DNA of 31,644 bases from Myxococcota bacterium (GTDB taxonomy: Bacteria > Myxococcota_A > Polyangia > Polyangiales > Houyiibacteriaceae). This document shows, in pieces, positions 9,200 through 18,372 of this stretch. Location of the stretch: positions 1 through 31,644 of the forward strand of contig JBCCEA010000043.1 in NCBI GenBank assembly GCA_039030515.1. The letters run 5' to 3'. A program made the translations under genes and the position numbers. Position 1 is the stretch's first letter. Each line of letters begins with the position of its first letter. The notes beneath the pieces are model-generated. The model was not told the DNA's origin and did not search any database. It worked only from the letters and a program-made list of their open reading frames with translations.

Positions 9200-9914
9200 C
9201 CCCCTCCGGAACCTCCTGCCTTGGCTCCGCAAGATAGAGACAGCATACCCCAAAGGTGAGCGGCTGGATCGTTTTGACGGTCAGCCCAGATGCCTCCATC
9301 AGCGCAGCAAACTCCTCGGGAGAAGGAAAGGCCGCGATCGATTGCTGAAGATATCGGTACTCTCGCGAGCCCGACAAGAGTCCCCCGACGAACGGGACTA
9401 CGTTGCGCATATGGAATCGGGCAAGGGTGCTGAGAACGCCGGTGCGCGGCTCGGAGAGCTCTAGAATCGCGACTTTGCCACCTGGGCGGACCACTCGCGC
9501 CATTTCTCGCAAACCTTGAGCTCTGTCGGCCACGTTGCGAATCCCAAATGCGATGCAGCACGCGTCGAAGGTGTCATCGTCGAATCGAAGTTCCTCTGCG
9601 GATCCGGTTTCGAAAGAGACGTCGTGTACACCGTTCATCCGAAGCTTACGCTCCAGAACTTCCAGCATGCGAACGCTAGGATCTACGCCAACGATGGATA
9701 CATCCCTCTGCTGCCGGAGCATTTCGAAGACGACGTCGCCGGTACCGGTGGCCAAATCGAGCGCTTTATCTCCGGACTTGAGCTGCAAGGAGGCTACAGC
9801 GCGTCGTCGCCAGCTTCGATCGATTCCAAGAGAGATGATGCGGTTGAGTGCGTCGTAACGGCTGGCGATCCGATCGAACATCGTGCCGCTACCTGGACGT
9901 GCGAGTTCCGACAC
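9192..9914 (-). CDS. menG: Demethylmenaquinone methyltransferase (UbiE/MenG)
   Basis: MFDRIASRYDALNRIISLGID..WR, LDLATGTGD, FGIRNV and RVVRPGG...LE. Confidence 0.95.
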   Translation of the reverse strand: MSELARPGSGTMFDRIASRYDALNRIISLGIDRSWRRRAVASLQLKSGDKALDLATGTGDVVFEMLRQQRDVSIVGVDPSVRMLEVLERKLRMNGVHDVSFETGSAEELRFDDDTFDACCIAFGIRNVADRAQGLREMARVVRPGGKVAILELSEPRTGVLSTLARFHMRNVVPFVGGLLSGSREYRYLQQSIAAFPSPEEFAALMEASGLTVKTIQPLTFGVCCLYLAEPRQEVPEGAQ

Positions 9915-11107
9915 TAAGCCCCCCGTTGTTCTTCCGCGGCTCCGCCCGCAGCAACCTGTTTACGACGATGCAGGCGCATATGACCTCTTTGGATTCCTTC
10001 ACCAGCAAGCGCCTTGAGCGCGGCCAAATTGCTTGCAAGCCCAGCCGAAGCCATCACGAGCGCCAGTTCTTTGGCGTCCGCAGGACGGAGCAGTTCAAAC
10101 GCAGCGCGAACTCCCCGATGCACCCGGGTTGATCCGCCGATCGTGCCCGCAGCCATCGGCATCTCAAGTACGCCGACCAGGGTTCCCTCCACGCAGCGCC
10201 AGGTTGCGATAGGGCGGTAGGCGCCTGACATCGCTGCCCACGCGTGCGCCCCAGCTTCGATCGATCGCCAATCCTGCCCCAGGGCCACCGCAACAGCGTC
10301 CACCCCGTTCATGACACCCTTGTTGTGCGTCACGGCGCGGTAAGGATCTTTCTCGGCAAAAAGGCTTGCGCGCTCGATGCCCTTGGCCAGGTCTGCACCA
10401 CCGACCGCATCGATGCTGACCTCCGCCCGCACCTTCACGGTTCGCCGAACCGGCAGATTCGACAGAATCCGAAGGCCGATGCGACCACCGATTCTCAACT
10501 GAACTTCAGGCGCAACCGCCTCAGCGACGGAGTCGACCACGTTTGCGCCCATCGCATCGCCGACATCGACGTAAAAGTGGACCACTACCAACCCTTCATC
10601 GTGGTCTAAGACACGTACTTCGAGGTCGTGACATCCACCACCGCGCTGAACCATCCTGGGAATGGCGCGATTGGCGCAATCGATCAACGCTTCTCGCACT
10701 TCGAGCAAACGCTCTTCCGCGTGCTGTGGCTCAGGTACTTCGTCGAGCTGAACCTGAGTGGTCATCACGGGTCGGGTGGCTTCTCCGGTAAATCCTCCCG
10801 TCATGCGTACCAGCTTTGCGGCGTGGCTTGCGGCCGCAACCACCGAGGGCTCCTCCACAGCCATGGGCACCAGGCAATCTCGGTGGTTCACGCGGAAGTT
10901 AAGCGCGATAGCTAGAGGCAGTCCGTGGGTGGCCACCACATTTTCGCTCATGCTGTCCGCAATACCGGGCTCGAGTCCTCCACCTTGCAGCAAAAACTCT
11001 AGGGACTCCGGGGAGAGCAGTCCGGTGTCGCGGAGTCGAGAGATTCGATCTTCGAGAGTTCGCGTGTAAAATCCGGGAATGCGGCTTGTCGGGGTGGCTT
11101 CAGTCAT
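9914..11107 (-). CDS. mvaA: Hydroxymethylglutaryl-CoA reductase, class II
   Basis: SENVV, PMAVEEPSVVAAAS, GDAMGAN, ILSN, THNKG and NLAALKALAGEGIQRGHMRLH. Confidence 0.93.
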   Translation of the reverse strand: MTEATPTSRIPGFYTRTLEDRISRLRDTGLLSPESLEFLLQGGGLEPGIADSMSENVVATHGLPLAIALNFRVNHRDCLVPMAVEEPSVVAAASHAAKLVRMTGGFTGEATRPVMTTQVQLDEVPEPQHAEERLLEVREALIDCANRAIPRMVQRGGGCHDLEVRVLDHDEGLVVVHFYVDVGDAMGANVVDSVAEAVAPEVQLRIGGRIGLRILSNLPVRRTVKVRAEVSIDAVGGADLAKGIERASLFAEKDPYRAVTHNKGVMNGVDAVAVALGQDWRSIEAGAHAWAAMSGAYRPIATWRCVEGTLVGVLEMPMAAGTIGGSTRVHRGVRAAFELLRPADAKELALVMASAGLASNLAALKALAGEGIQRGHMRLHRRKQVAAGGAAEEQRGA

Positions 11108-11124
11108 CGATAGATCCGTAGGTC

Positions 11125-12210
11125 TCAGTTCATTCGGTGCACGGTCGCGCGTGCCACCGTAATCAAAGCCTCTTTCGCCTGACCGTTCGGGCAGGCAGCA
11201 AGCGCCTCAATCCCCAACTCTATCTGGCGCTGGGCCAACTTTCGGCAGCGCTGAGCAATGCTTGGTGCCTGTAGCGCCATAATGATTCGGTTCCATTCCT
11301 GTTGAAGACCGTCCAATCGCCCGTGGGCGGTAGCGACTGCGTGCAGACTGGGTAGCAGAGAGGGATCTTCCTCCAACGCTAGGATTAGCGGATAGGTGGT
11401 TTTGCCCTCGCGAAGATCGACAAAGAGTTCCTTGCCGAGCGAGGCTCGCTCGCCGGAGTAGTCGAGAAGATCGTCCACAAGCTGAAAAGCGATACCCAGG
11501 TGAAGACCGTAATTTTCGAGGGCCTCGCATTCAGTAGAGGCGAGTTCACCCGCACGCCCGCCTGCGAGTAGAGCCCAGCGAAAAAGGGCTGCCGTCTTGC
11601 CCTCGACCACCTGAAAATAGCTCTCCGCGCTCACTCTCGCCTGACCCCGATTCTCGAGCTGCAAGGCCTCTGCGGAGATCATCGCGTCGATGATCTCGAG
11701 GAGTCGATCGAGCACGTCAAGAAAGCTCGTAGAGCGCACGCGTCTGAGGGCTTCGATGAGCAACCAGTCACCCGCGAAAATCGCTGCCGCATTGCCGTAG
11801 AGCGCTCGAGCTGAGGGCTCCCCGCGACGGGTGTCCCCTAGATCGACTACGTCGTCGTGAAGCAAAGTGGCGTTGTGTACCAGTTCAGCGGCAACTCCGA
11901 GCTGCTTTGCCGCGTCGTTGAATCCAGCCCCGACCCGCGAGGCAAGCGCTACGCACAGAGGGCGCAATCGTTTGCCACCGAGGTCGACCACATGATTCGC
12001 GGCTCGGTGTACGGAGTGCGTTCCCCTAGGCACACCCTGAAACTCTGCGTGGAGTGCTGCCATGTCCGGCGCCACAAGCTGTGAGAGGCTCGTAAGCCGC
12101 TGTCCCAACGCTCCAAGACCCTGGGAGTCGCAGATTGTTTTCAGTCGCTCCAGCACATCGATAGACTGGGGCTCGGGGTGAGCGTCGCGAAGAGCTGCCA
12201 TCAAGGACAT
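11125..12210 (-). CDS. Polyprenyl (octa/heptaprenyl-type) diphosphate synthase
   Basis: GGKRLRP, ELVHNATLLHDDVVD...RRG (FARM), GKTAALF, AFQLVDDLLD (SARM) and DLREGK.T.P. Confidence 0.92.
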   Translation of the reverse strand: MSLMAALRDAHPEPQSIDVLERLKTICDSQGLGALGQRLTSLSQLVAPDMAALHAEFQGVPRGTHSVHRAANHVVDLGGKRLRPLCVALASRVGAGFNDAAKQLGVAAELVHNATLLHDDVVDLGDTRRGEPSARALYGNAAAIFAGDWLLIEALRRVRSTSFLDVLDRLLEIIDAMISAEALQLENRGQARVSAESYFQVVEGKTAALFRWALLAGGRAGELASTECEALENYGLHLGIAFQLVDDLLDYSGERASLGKELFVDLREGKTTYPLILALEEDPSLLPSLHAVATAHGRLDGLQQEWNRIIMALQAPSIAQRCRKLAQRQIELGIEALAACPNGQAKEALITVARATVHRMN

Positions 12211-12502
12211 GTGCGTGTTCTCCCCACAGTGGCAGAGCTTTTGTTCGAGTTTGTCAAGGGCTCTGAAAGAGATATAGGTGCGCGAGGAGAGGCGGTCAAT
12301 GTTCGCGGACCGGGCAAGGCGCTATGGTTTGAGGGACGGGTCGGCGCCATCGATCGGACAGCTGTGCCAAGCCCGGCACGCGCACTTTCGGACGCGTAGC
12401 GAGCGGGTTATTTTGGCGCCCGCCGTCACGCTTCCGCGGGAAGTTCGCTCTGGGGCGCTCCTGCGAGCGACGTCCCATTGGGGTCACGAATCGCCGCTGA
12501 AC

Positions 12503-13645
12503 TCAGACCTTGTAGCCGAATTCGTCGAAAAGCGGGCGAAGGCGATCGTACACATAGGCGCGCTCGATTCCCCAGTACTCAAGGGTGAATCTTTGGGTGC
12601 TTTTGAAGGAATCCGATCGACCATCTTTCGTCGCATCTTCGAGTTTCCTTCGAAACTCCCGCTTCATCTCGTAGCCAAATTTCTGGTACACCTCTTCGAC
12701 TGTCGCAGTTGGATCGCCTGACAGATCCTCGTAGCGGACGAGCGCGAACTGGGATGGCGGAACAAAGTCGCGACACGCCAGCGCATGCTGGTATTGGCGA
12801 ATCGCCCAGTCGGCAACCGCGCGAGTCTCCGGACCCTTTGGGTAAATCGAGGGCGTATGTGCGGTCCAAGGCACATGGAAGAGGTTGATACAAGAAGGGA
12901 TCGCGTCGAGTGGATCGCGCATGATGTAGAGGAAACGGGCGTCCGGAAAGGTCTCTAAAAGCGATCGCACACGGGTCGCCGTGAAGACGTTCTTCGTAAG
13001 CAGCGTACGACCTCCGTTTGCGTAGAGGTGACGCTGAATCGACTTGCGGTACACGTCCATCATCCCGCGTCGCACCGGCTCTTCTAGCTCGTCGAGGCTA
13101 TTGACCCGATCGTAAGCTACCGCTTCTGGAAAGAGCAAAATGAGTCCGCTGCCGAGAAGCGCGAGCACGAAGATCGCCTCGTCTTCTTCTGGTCGACTGA
13201 GTCCCGTATCGTGGATTCCGTTCCAGCGTGTAAAAAAGAACTCGTTAACCAATTCGATCCAGTGCTTGAATGGTTTCCCGAGGTGAGCTTCTAGTCGCTC
13301 CGCAATGTTTACGGTGCGATTGGCACATACTGAGGGGAAAATCGTCTGCCAGAGCTGGAAATTCGTGAACCGCTCTTCATCGAGACTCAAGAGGTTGTGA
13401 AGCCAAGTGCTACCGCTCCTTGGATTCGAGAAGACGAAGAGCGGAGCGTCGATTTCCTGACTCCGATATCCAGGATAGAGCAGATCGTCCATTCTTTGCG
13501 CCGCGTACAGCGAGGAGTTCACCACGCCAAACAAGCCCGCAAAGCCCGCGAAATAGCCGGCACGACGCACAGAGCCTCGCGAGGAGCCAAACGTCCATCG
13601 GAGCAATTGTTTCGCGGTCGTAGGGTCGATAAAAAACTGTGCCAC
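12503..13645 (-). CDS. PAPS-dependent sulfotransferase (mycobacterial Stf-like family)
   Basis: 5'-PSB loop PRSGSTWLHNLL, PEEDE, LLTKN, 3'-PB motif FPDARFLYIMRDP...PS, RYEDL.GDP and terminal FGY. Confidence 0.88.
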   Translation of the reverse strand: MAQFFIDPTTAKQLLRWTFGSSRGSVRRAGYFAGFAGLFGVVNSSLYAAQRMDDLLYPGYRSQEIDAPLFVFSNPRSGSTWLHNLLSLDEERFTNFQLWQTIFPSVCANRTVNIAERLEAHLGKPFKHWIELVNEFFFTRWNGIHDTGLSRPEEDEAIFVLALLGSGLILLFPEAVAYDRVNSLDELEEPVRRGMMDVYRKSIQRHLYANGGRTLLTKNVFTATRVRSLLETFPDARFLYIMRDPLDAIPSCINLFHVPWTAHTPSIYPKGPETRAVADWAIRQYQHALACRDFVPPSQFALVRYEDLSGDPTATVEEVYQKFGYEMKREFRRKLEDATKDGRSDSFKSTQRFTLEYWGIERAYVYDRLRPLFDEFGYKV

Positions 13646-13983
13646 GCGGGGGGTGTTCCTGAGGTGATTGCGAGGTCAGCCAGGCTGCTGCGCCCACGAC
13701 GGCCAGAACTTGGATTAGGGCAGGCCTGGACCGCGCTCGAAAAGGCTGAGAACTATTTATCGAGGACTCGGAAAACGCAAATTCGTTCAAAACGCCGCTT
13801 CCGATCCTGTCCATGGTCGATCGGAAGCTCAGGTGATTTTCCCAGACGCTCGACTGGACGAAACTCAGAAAAAGGGCATTCTTCGCGGGCGCATTTGAGC
13901 ACGCTGGGCGCTCCTGCATGCAAAACTGCAGTTGGCGCGAGACCCGTTCCACCCTCTTGACGCTCCATTCTTTCGAAACGCCC

Positions 13984-15948
13984 ATGAGTGTACTTTTATT
14001 CGAAGATGTCTCGCTGAACCTCGGCGGCAAGGCGATTGTTACAGATCTAACACTTCGCATCGCCGATCAGGACCGCATCGGACTCGTCGGACCCAACGGG
14101 TCTGGAAAAACCACGCTGCTGCGCATGGCTGTCGGTACTCAGGGGCCAGATTCCGGCGAGGTGCATCGAGGCAAGGGCGCGCGCATCGGCTATCTGCCTC
14201 AAGACATCGCCCTTCAGGGAGGCAAGAAGCTGCTCGACTTCGTGACCGAGAGCGTTCCCGGCAAGTCGGATCTCACTCTGGCGGTCGCGGAAGCCGAGAC
14301 CCAACTCGCAGCCCAGAGCCAGCTGGCCGCTACGGGCGAGTCCGCACAGGAGGAGCTGCTCGAACTCGCCGGCAAAGTCGCCGACCTTCACGAGGCATTG
14401 GCTCGATTCGAACAACAGTACTCCACCCATGAGGCGCAGCGTATTTTGGTCGGCCTGCGTTTTCGCCAAGAGGATCTGGACCGAGACCTGGGGGAGTTCT
14501 CTGGCGGCTGGAAAATGCGGGCTCTACTCGCATCCCTGCTCTTTCAACGTCCCGACCTGCTGCTGCTCGATGAACCCACCAACCACCTCGATATGCCTTC
14601 GGTTTCGTGGCTCAGCAGCTTTTTGTATCGATACGATCGCGCCTTCATCTTGATCAGTCACGATCGCGAGTTCTTGAATGAACAGATCCAGAAAGTCGTC
14701 AGCTTCGAGGTCGAGGGGATCCGCCAATATAAGGGCGACTACGAAACCTATCTTGAGCAGAGGAAACAAGAAGAAGAGCTGATCGAGGCTCGAGCAAGAA
14801 ACCTGGACAAGGAACGTGAGCACATGGAGGCCTTTGTGCGTCGCTTTCGAGCCAAAGCGAGCAAAGCAAGCCAGGTTCAGAGCCGAGTGAAAGCCCTCGA
14901 AAAGATGGAGCGAATCGAACTACCCGCCCATCGTCAGGCGATGCGCTTCCGCTTCAAAGACATCGACAAGAGCGGCAAGGACGTGCTGATCGCCGAGCAC
15001 ATCACCAAACATTATGGAGAAAAACGGGTCTTAGAGGATATCGGGCTGCGCCTGGGCCGCGGCGATCGCGTAGCCATTTTGGGAGAGAACGGCGCAGGTA
15101 AGACCACCCTACTCCGAGTCCTGGCTGGCGAGCTAGACAGCGACGAGGGAACAAGGAGCTACGGCACTCGAGTCAAGCTCGGCTACTATGCCCAACATCA
15201 TGTGGACGTCCTCGATGGGACTCGAACCGTCTTCGAGGAAGTCAAAAGCGCAGCCATGGAGGGGAGTCCAAAGGACATCTACGCGGCGCTTGGAGCGATG
15301 CTCTTTCGCGACCAAGAGGTGGATAAAAAAGTCGGAGTGCTTTCCGGGGGGGAACGAGCTCGGGTGGCCCTTGCCCGCCTGTTAGTCGACCCGGGCAACC
15401 TTCTGATGATGGATGAACCCACCAACCATTTGGACCTCGACTCCAGCGAACGCTTGGCTGAGGCACTCGAAACGTTTGACGGAACACTCCTCTTCGTGTC
15501 GCACAATCGGGGATTTGTCAGACGACTTGCCACCAAGATTTGGTTCGTCGCAAACGGCAAGCTGGAGGTGTATCCGGGAACGCTGGACGAGTATCTCGCG
15601 TCAGAGCGCGATGCGAACCATCAAGGCCGCACAGCGAAGGAGGGCAAGCCGCGTAAGGCCGACAAAAAGGGCGAGAAGATGCAGCGAAAGAAAGCAGCTG
15701 CACTACGTCAGAAGCTCTCACCCTTGAGGAACGCGGTCAAAAGGCACGAAGAGCAGATCGCCAATTTGGAACGAGAGCATGCGTCAATTCTCGAAGCTCT
15801 GAGCGATCCGTCGATAGGCGATCGACCAGAGGACCAACGACAACTGAGCGCGAAGTTCGATACGCTGAGCAAAGCGATTGAACGTACCACTGGCGAGTGG
15901 ATGGCCGCGCAGGAGAAACTCGACGCAGCACAGAGCTCCGGACGCTGA
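13984..15948 (+). CDS. ABC-F family ATPase (YheS/Uup-like)
   Basis: Two ABC domains (GPNGSGKT/FSGGW/DEPTNHLD and GENGAGKT/LSGGE/DEPTNHLD), interdomain linker, C-terminal coiled coil and no TM segments. Start at ATG 13984. Confidence 0.93.
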   Translation: MSVLLFEDVSLNLGGKAIVTDLTLRIADQDRIGLVGPNGSGKTTLLRMAVGTQGPDSGEVHRGKGARIGYLPQDIALQGGKKLLDFVTESVPGKSDLTLAVAEAETQLAAQSQLAATGESAQEELLELAGKVADLHEALARFEQQYSTHEAQRILVGLRFRQEDLDRDLGEFSGGWKMRALLASLLFQRPDLLLLDEPTNHLDMPSVSWLSSFLYRYDRAFILISHDREFLNEQIQKVVSFEVEGIRQYKGDYETYLEQRKQEEELIEARARNLDKEREHMEAFVRRFRAKASKASQVQSRVKALEKMERIELPAHRQAMRFRFKDIDKSGKDVLIAEHITKHYGEKRVLEDIGLRLGRGDRVAILGENGAGKTTLLRVLAGELDSDEGTRSYGTRVKLGYYAQHHVDVLDGTRTVFEEVKSAAMEGSPKDIYAALGAMLFRDQEVDKKVGVLSGGERARVALARLLVDPGNLLMMDEPTNHLDLDSSERLAEALETFDGTLLFVSHNRGFVRRLATKIWFVANGKLEVYPGTLDEYLASERDANHQGRTAKEGKPRKADKKGEKMQRKKAAALRQKLSPLRNAVKRHEEQIANLEREHASILEALSDPSIGDRPEDQRQLSAKFDTLSKAIERTTGEWMAAQEKLDAAQSSGR

Positions 15949-15962
15949 ACTCCCGCCGCACT

Positions 15963-16058
15963 GCTTGCCAGAACCGTAGCTTGCCAGAACCGTAGCTTGC
16001 CAGAACCGTAGCTTGCCAGAACCGTAGCTTGCCAGAACCATGGCTTGCCAGACCCAAA
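15963..16058. repeat. 16-bp tandem repeat (GCTTGCCAGAACCGTA) x~6
   Basis: Four perfect units at 15963, 15979, 15995 and 16011, then two degenerate units. Confidence 0.95.
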
Positions 16059-16120
16059 GCCTCCTGAGACATTTTGTTCCGCGTTCCCGAGTGTGGTCTT
16101 ACTACCGAAGAATCCTGAAC

Positions 16121-16585
16121 ATGATCGATGCCACCATCCGCACTTTCTACCGCGCAGCACATGTCACTCGAACATGCCTATCTTTTGTACGCGAACCATC
16201 GACTCGAAGCGCGCGCGCAGCGGTATGGCACGGCGACCGACTCCTTCTCGTCTACAGGTCTTACGGACACCGATACACCCTACCAGGCGAATCTCTACGC
16301 GCTGGCGAAAGCCCTGACCGTATCGCAAGTCGTGCGCTCGAACGCACTTGCGGGATCCAGCTTCCACCGAGTCAATTTGAACTTTCGATGCAGTCACCAG
16401 CGCATCTCGAAAATCGAATAGACACCTTTTATGTTTGTGAAACGAACGTGGTCGAGGAGCCAAGAGTCCACATCAACCGCTGGAGGATATTCGGAGCCAG
16501 ATTTTATAGCATCGAATATGCACAAAAACTCGATCTTGTACCGCAATTACATACGTATCTAAGCCGAAGACAAGTCTTGTCCTGA
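16121..16585 (+). CDS. Nudix-fold protein with a degenerate Nudix box
   Basis: ARAAVWHGDRLLLV.RSY...TLPGESLRAGESPDRIASRALERTCGI aligns with GX5EX7REUXEEXGU but lacks the RE/EE glutamates. Start placed after the repeat. Confidence 0.7.
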   Translation: MIDATIRTFYRAAHVTRTCLSFVREPSTRSARAAVWHGDRLLLVYRSYGHRYTLPGESLRAGESPDRIASRALERTCGIQLPPSQFELSMQSPAHLENRIDTFYVCETNVVEEPRVHINRWRIFGARFYSIEYAQKLDLVPQLHTYLSRRQVLS

Positions 16586-16636
16586 AGTTCAACTACTGGA
16601 AATGCGTAATGAGCCGCCTCCCTAAGTCAGTTGAGA

Positions 16637-17059
16637 CTACCGACTATAGTTGACGGCATGTTCGATGGGACTCAGCCCGCGACAGAGTTCTTGCGGGGAA
16701 AGAGGCATTTTAATCAGCGAACCGACTACCGTAGGATACGATTCGATTTGATCAAGTTGAATCTGAGGCATATCGACAGACAACATCGGCACAACTTTGA
16801 CCGGCAAACGCTCCTGCTGTTGAGCCTTGAGGAACTGAAACCCATCCATCTCCGGCATGTGTAGGTCTAAGAACGCGACATTCGGGCACGGTGCAAAACC
16901 CCTTCGCGAGCAGTCTCGAAGTAGTTCGATCGCTTTCGCACCATCTTCCGCTTCCAGTACAGACTGAGCGATACCCGCGCGGGAGAGCAAACGCTTCAAA
17001 ATAAAGCGGTCATCTTCATTGTCGTCTACGATGAGAACGACTCCCAATGAAATCGTCAT
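16637..17059 (-). CDS. Single-domain response regulator (receiver)
   Basis: VLIVDDNEDD, FLDLHMPEMDGFQFL, MLS and late Lys; no output domain. Confidence 0.9.
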   Translation of the reverse strand: MTISLGVVLIVDDNEDDRFILKRLLSRAGIAQSVLEAEDGAKAIELLRDCSRRGFAPCPNVAFLDLHMPEMDGFQFLKAQQQERLPVKVVPMLSVDMPQIQLDQIESYPTVVGSLIKMPLSPQELCRGLSPIEHAVNYSR

Positions 17060-17289
17060 TCGATCTCGCTTTGCAAGCGATAAGAGCGACGGTCAAGATG
17101 CATTTAAAAGGCTAACGGTCAGAGTCGGGTCATTTGAACGGTCGTCTATATCCTCACTCAAATGGAGTTATGTATGAGTACGGATATCTGTGCGTACTAA
17201 GTTCTATTCGTATGGCCGCGTGGGAGCGAGTGGTTTGAGACCGAATACGCTTCAGAAATGAGTAGGCTCCGCCGTAACTAACTGATGGG

Positions 17290-18369
17290 ATGGTTGCACC
17301 GGGCGCGGAACTTTTTGTTCACCGAACCAAATCAGCGGCGTCGGGTTCCGGGGAAGGAGCGCAACTGAACAGCACGGAGGCTCCGGAGACACGAGGGTCT
17401 TGGAACTCGATCCAGGATCTAGGCGGAACGGCTCCAGGAAATCTGCAGGGCGCCATGCTCGTAGGTCGCAACTTGAGCGGCATTGACCTCTCCGGGGTCG
17501 ATCTTCGTAACGCGAATCTCGCCAATGCAAACCTGACGGATGCTGTACTGGTGGACGCCAAGCTGGATCGAGCGATCCTGCACGGGGCCAATCTGACCCG
17601 CTGTGAGTTTCACCGGGCGTCGCTGGTCGAAGCCAGACTTGAAGAAGTCGAGGGCACCCAGGCAGGCTTTGGTCAGGCGAATCTGAAGCGAGCGTCCCTC
17701 TTCGGCGCGGCATTGCGTCATGCAAGCTTTGTGCAAGCCGATCTGAGCCAAACGGATCTCCGCACCGCTGACCTCACCGAGACCAACTTTGATGGGGCCA
17801 ATCTGAGTGACGCCAGCCTGTGCCGAAGCATCCTTCATCGAGCAAATCTCACTCGCTCGCAAATCACGGGAGCTTCATTTCGCGAGGCGGATTTGAGAGA
17901 TGCGCAGGTTCGAGGCCTCACCGGCTTTCGCTCCGCGACGTTCATCGAAGCCGACATCCGCAACGTACATTTTGGAGGTGCCTATCTGCTCCGCCGCCAC
18001 ATCATGGACGAGGACTACATTCACGAACTCGCTCAGCGTGGAGGACTGTACAAGCTCACCTGGTGGATGTGGTGTATCACCAGCGACTTTGGCCGCAGTC
18101 TTCTTCGATGGAGCCTATTGATCGCGCTCATCACGATGGTGTACGGAGGACTCTACAGCGCCGTAGACATGGAATACGGTGAGCACGAGACCTTCCTTTC
18201 ACCTTACTACTTCAGCTTGGTAACCCTGACCTCACTAGGCTATGGCGACGTGCTTCCGGCTTCTACCACAGCGCAGGTTTTGGCAATGAGTGAATGCGTC
18301 GTCGGCTACATTATGCTGGGAGGTTTACTCAGTATCTTTGCAAATAAAATGGCGCGACGTGCGGAATGA
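17290..18369 (+). CDS. Pentapeptide-repeat protein fused to a 2-TM potassium-channel-like pore
   Basis: About 30 A(D/N)LXX-type repeats, followed by a TM helix, YYFSLVTLTSLGYGDVLP pore/filter and a second TM helix. Confidence 0.88.
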   Translation: MVAPGAELFVHRTKSAASGSGEGAQLNSTEAPETRGSWNSIQDLGGTAPGNLQGAMLVGRNLSGIDLSGVDLRNANLANANLTDAVLVDAKLDRAILHGANLTRCEFHRASLVEARLEEVEGTQAGFGQANLKRASLFGAALRHASFVQADLSQTDLRTADLTETNFDGANLSDASLCRSILHRANLTRSQITGASFREADLRDAQVRGLTGFRSATFIEADIRNVHFGGAYLLRRHIMDEDYIHELAQRGGLYKLTWWMWCITSDFGRSLLRWSLLIALITMVYGGLYSAVDMEYGEHETFLSPYYFSLVTLTSLGYGDVLPASTTAQVLAMSECVVGYIMLGGLLSIFANKMARRAE

Positions 18370-18372
18370 AGC

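Noticed and set aside
9196..9561. N-terminal extension of the MenF ORF
   Set aside because: Overlaps menG in another frame; the GTGA-coupled start at 9195 is more plausible. The same reasoning trimmed menE, menC, menH and the 21000-22586 ORF.
13397..14060. ORFs of 187 aa (+) and 216 aa (-) spanning the divergent region
   Set aside because: They overlap the sulfotransferase and/or ABC-F genes and show no motifs.
13984..15948. ABC-F as an antibiotic resistance (ARE) gene
   Set aside because: Nothing distinguishes it from housekeeping YheS/Uup-like proteins without phylogeny.
15708..16162. Minus-strand ORFs with repeated WQATVLASYGSGKLRF
   Set aside because: Artefacts of the 16-bp tandem repeat.
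17290..18000. Qnr/MfpA quinolone-resistance protein
   Set aside because: The pentapeptide repeats are fused to a membrane pore domain, unlike soluble Qnr/MfpA.
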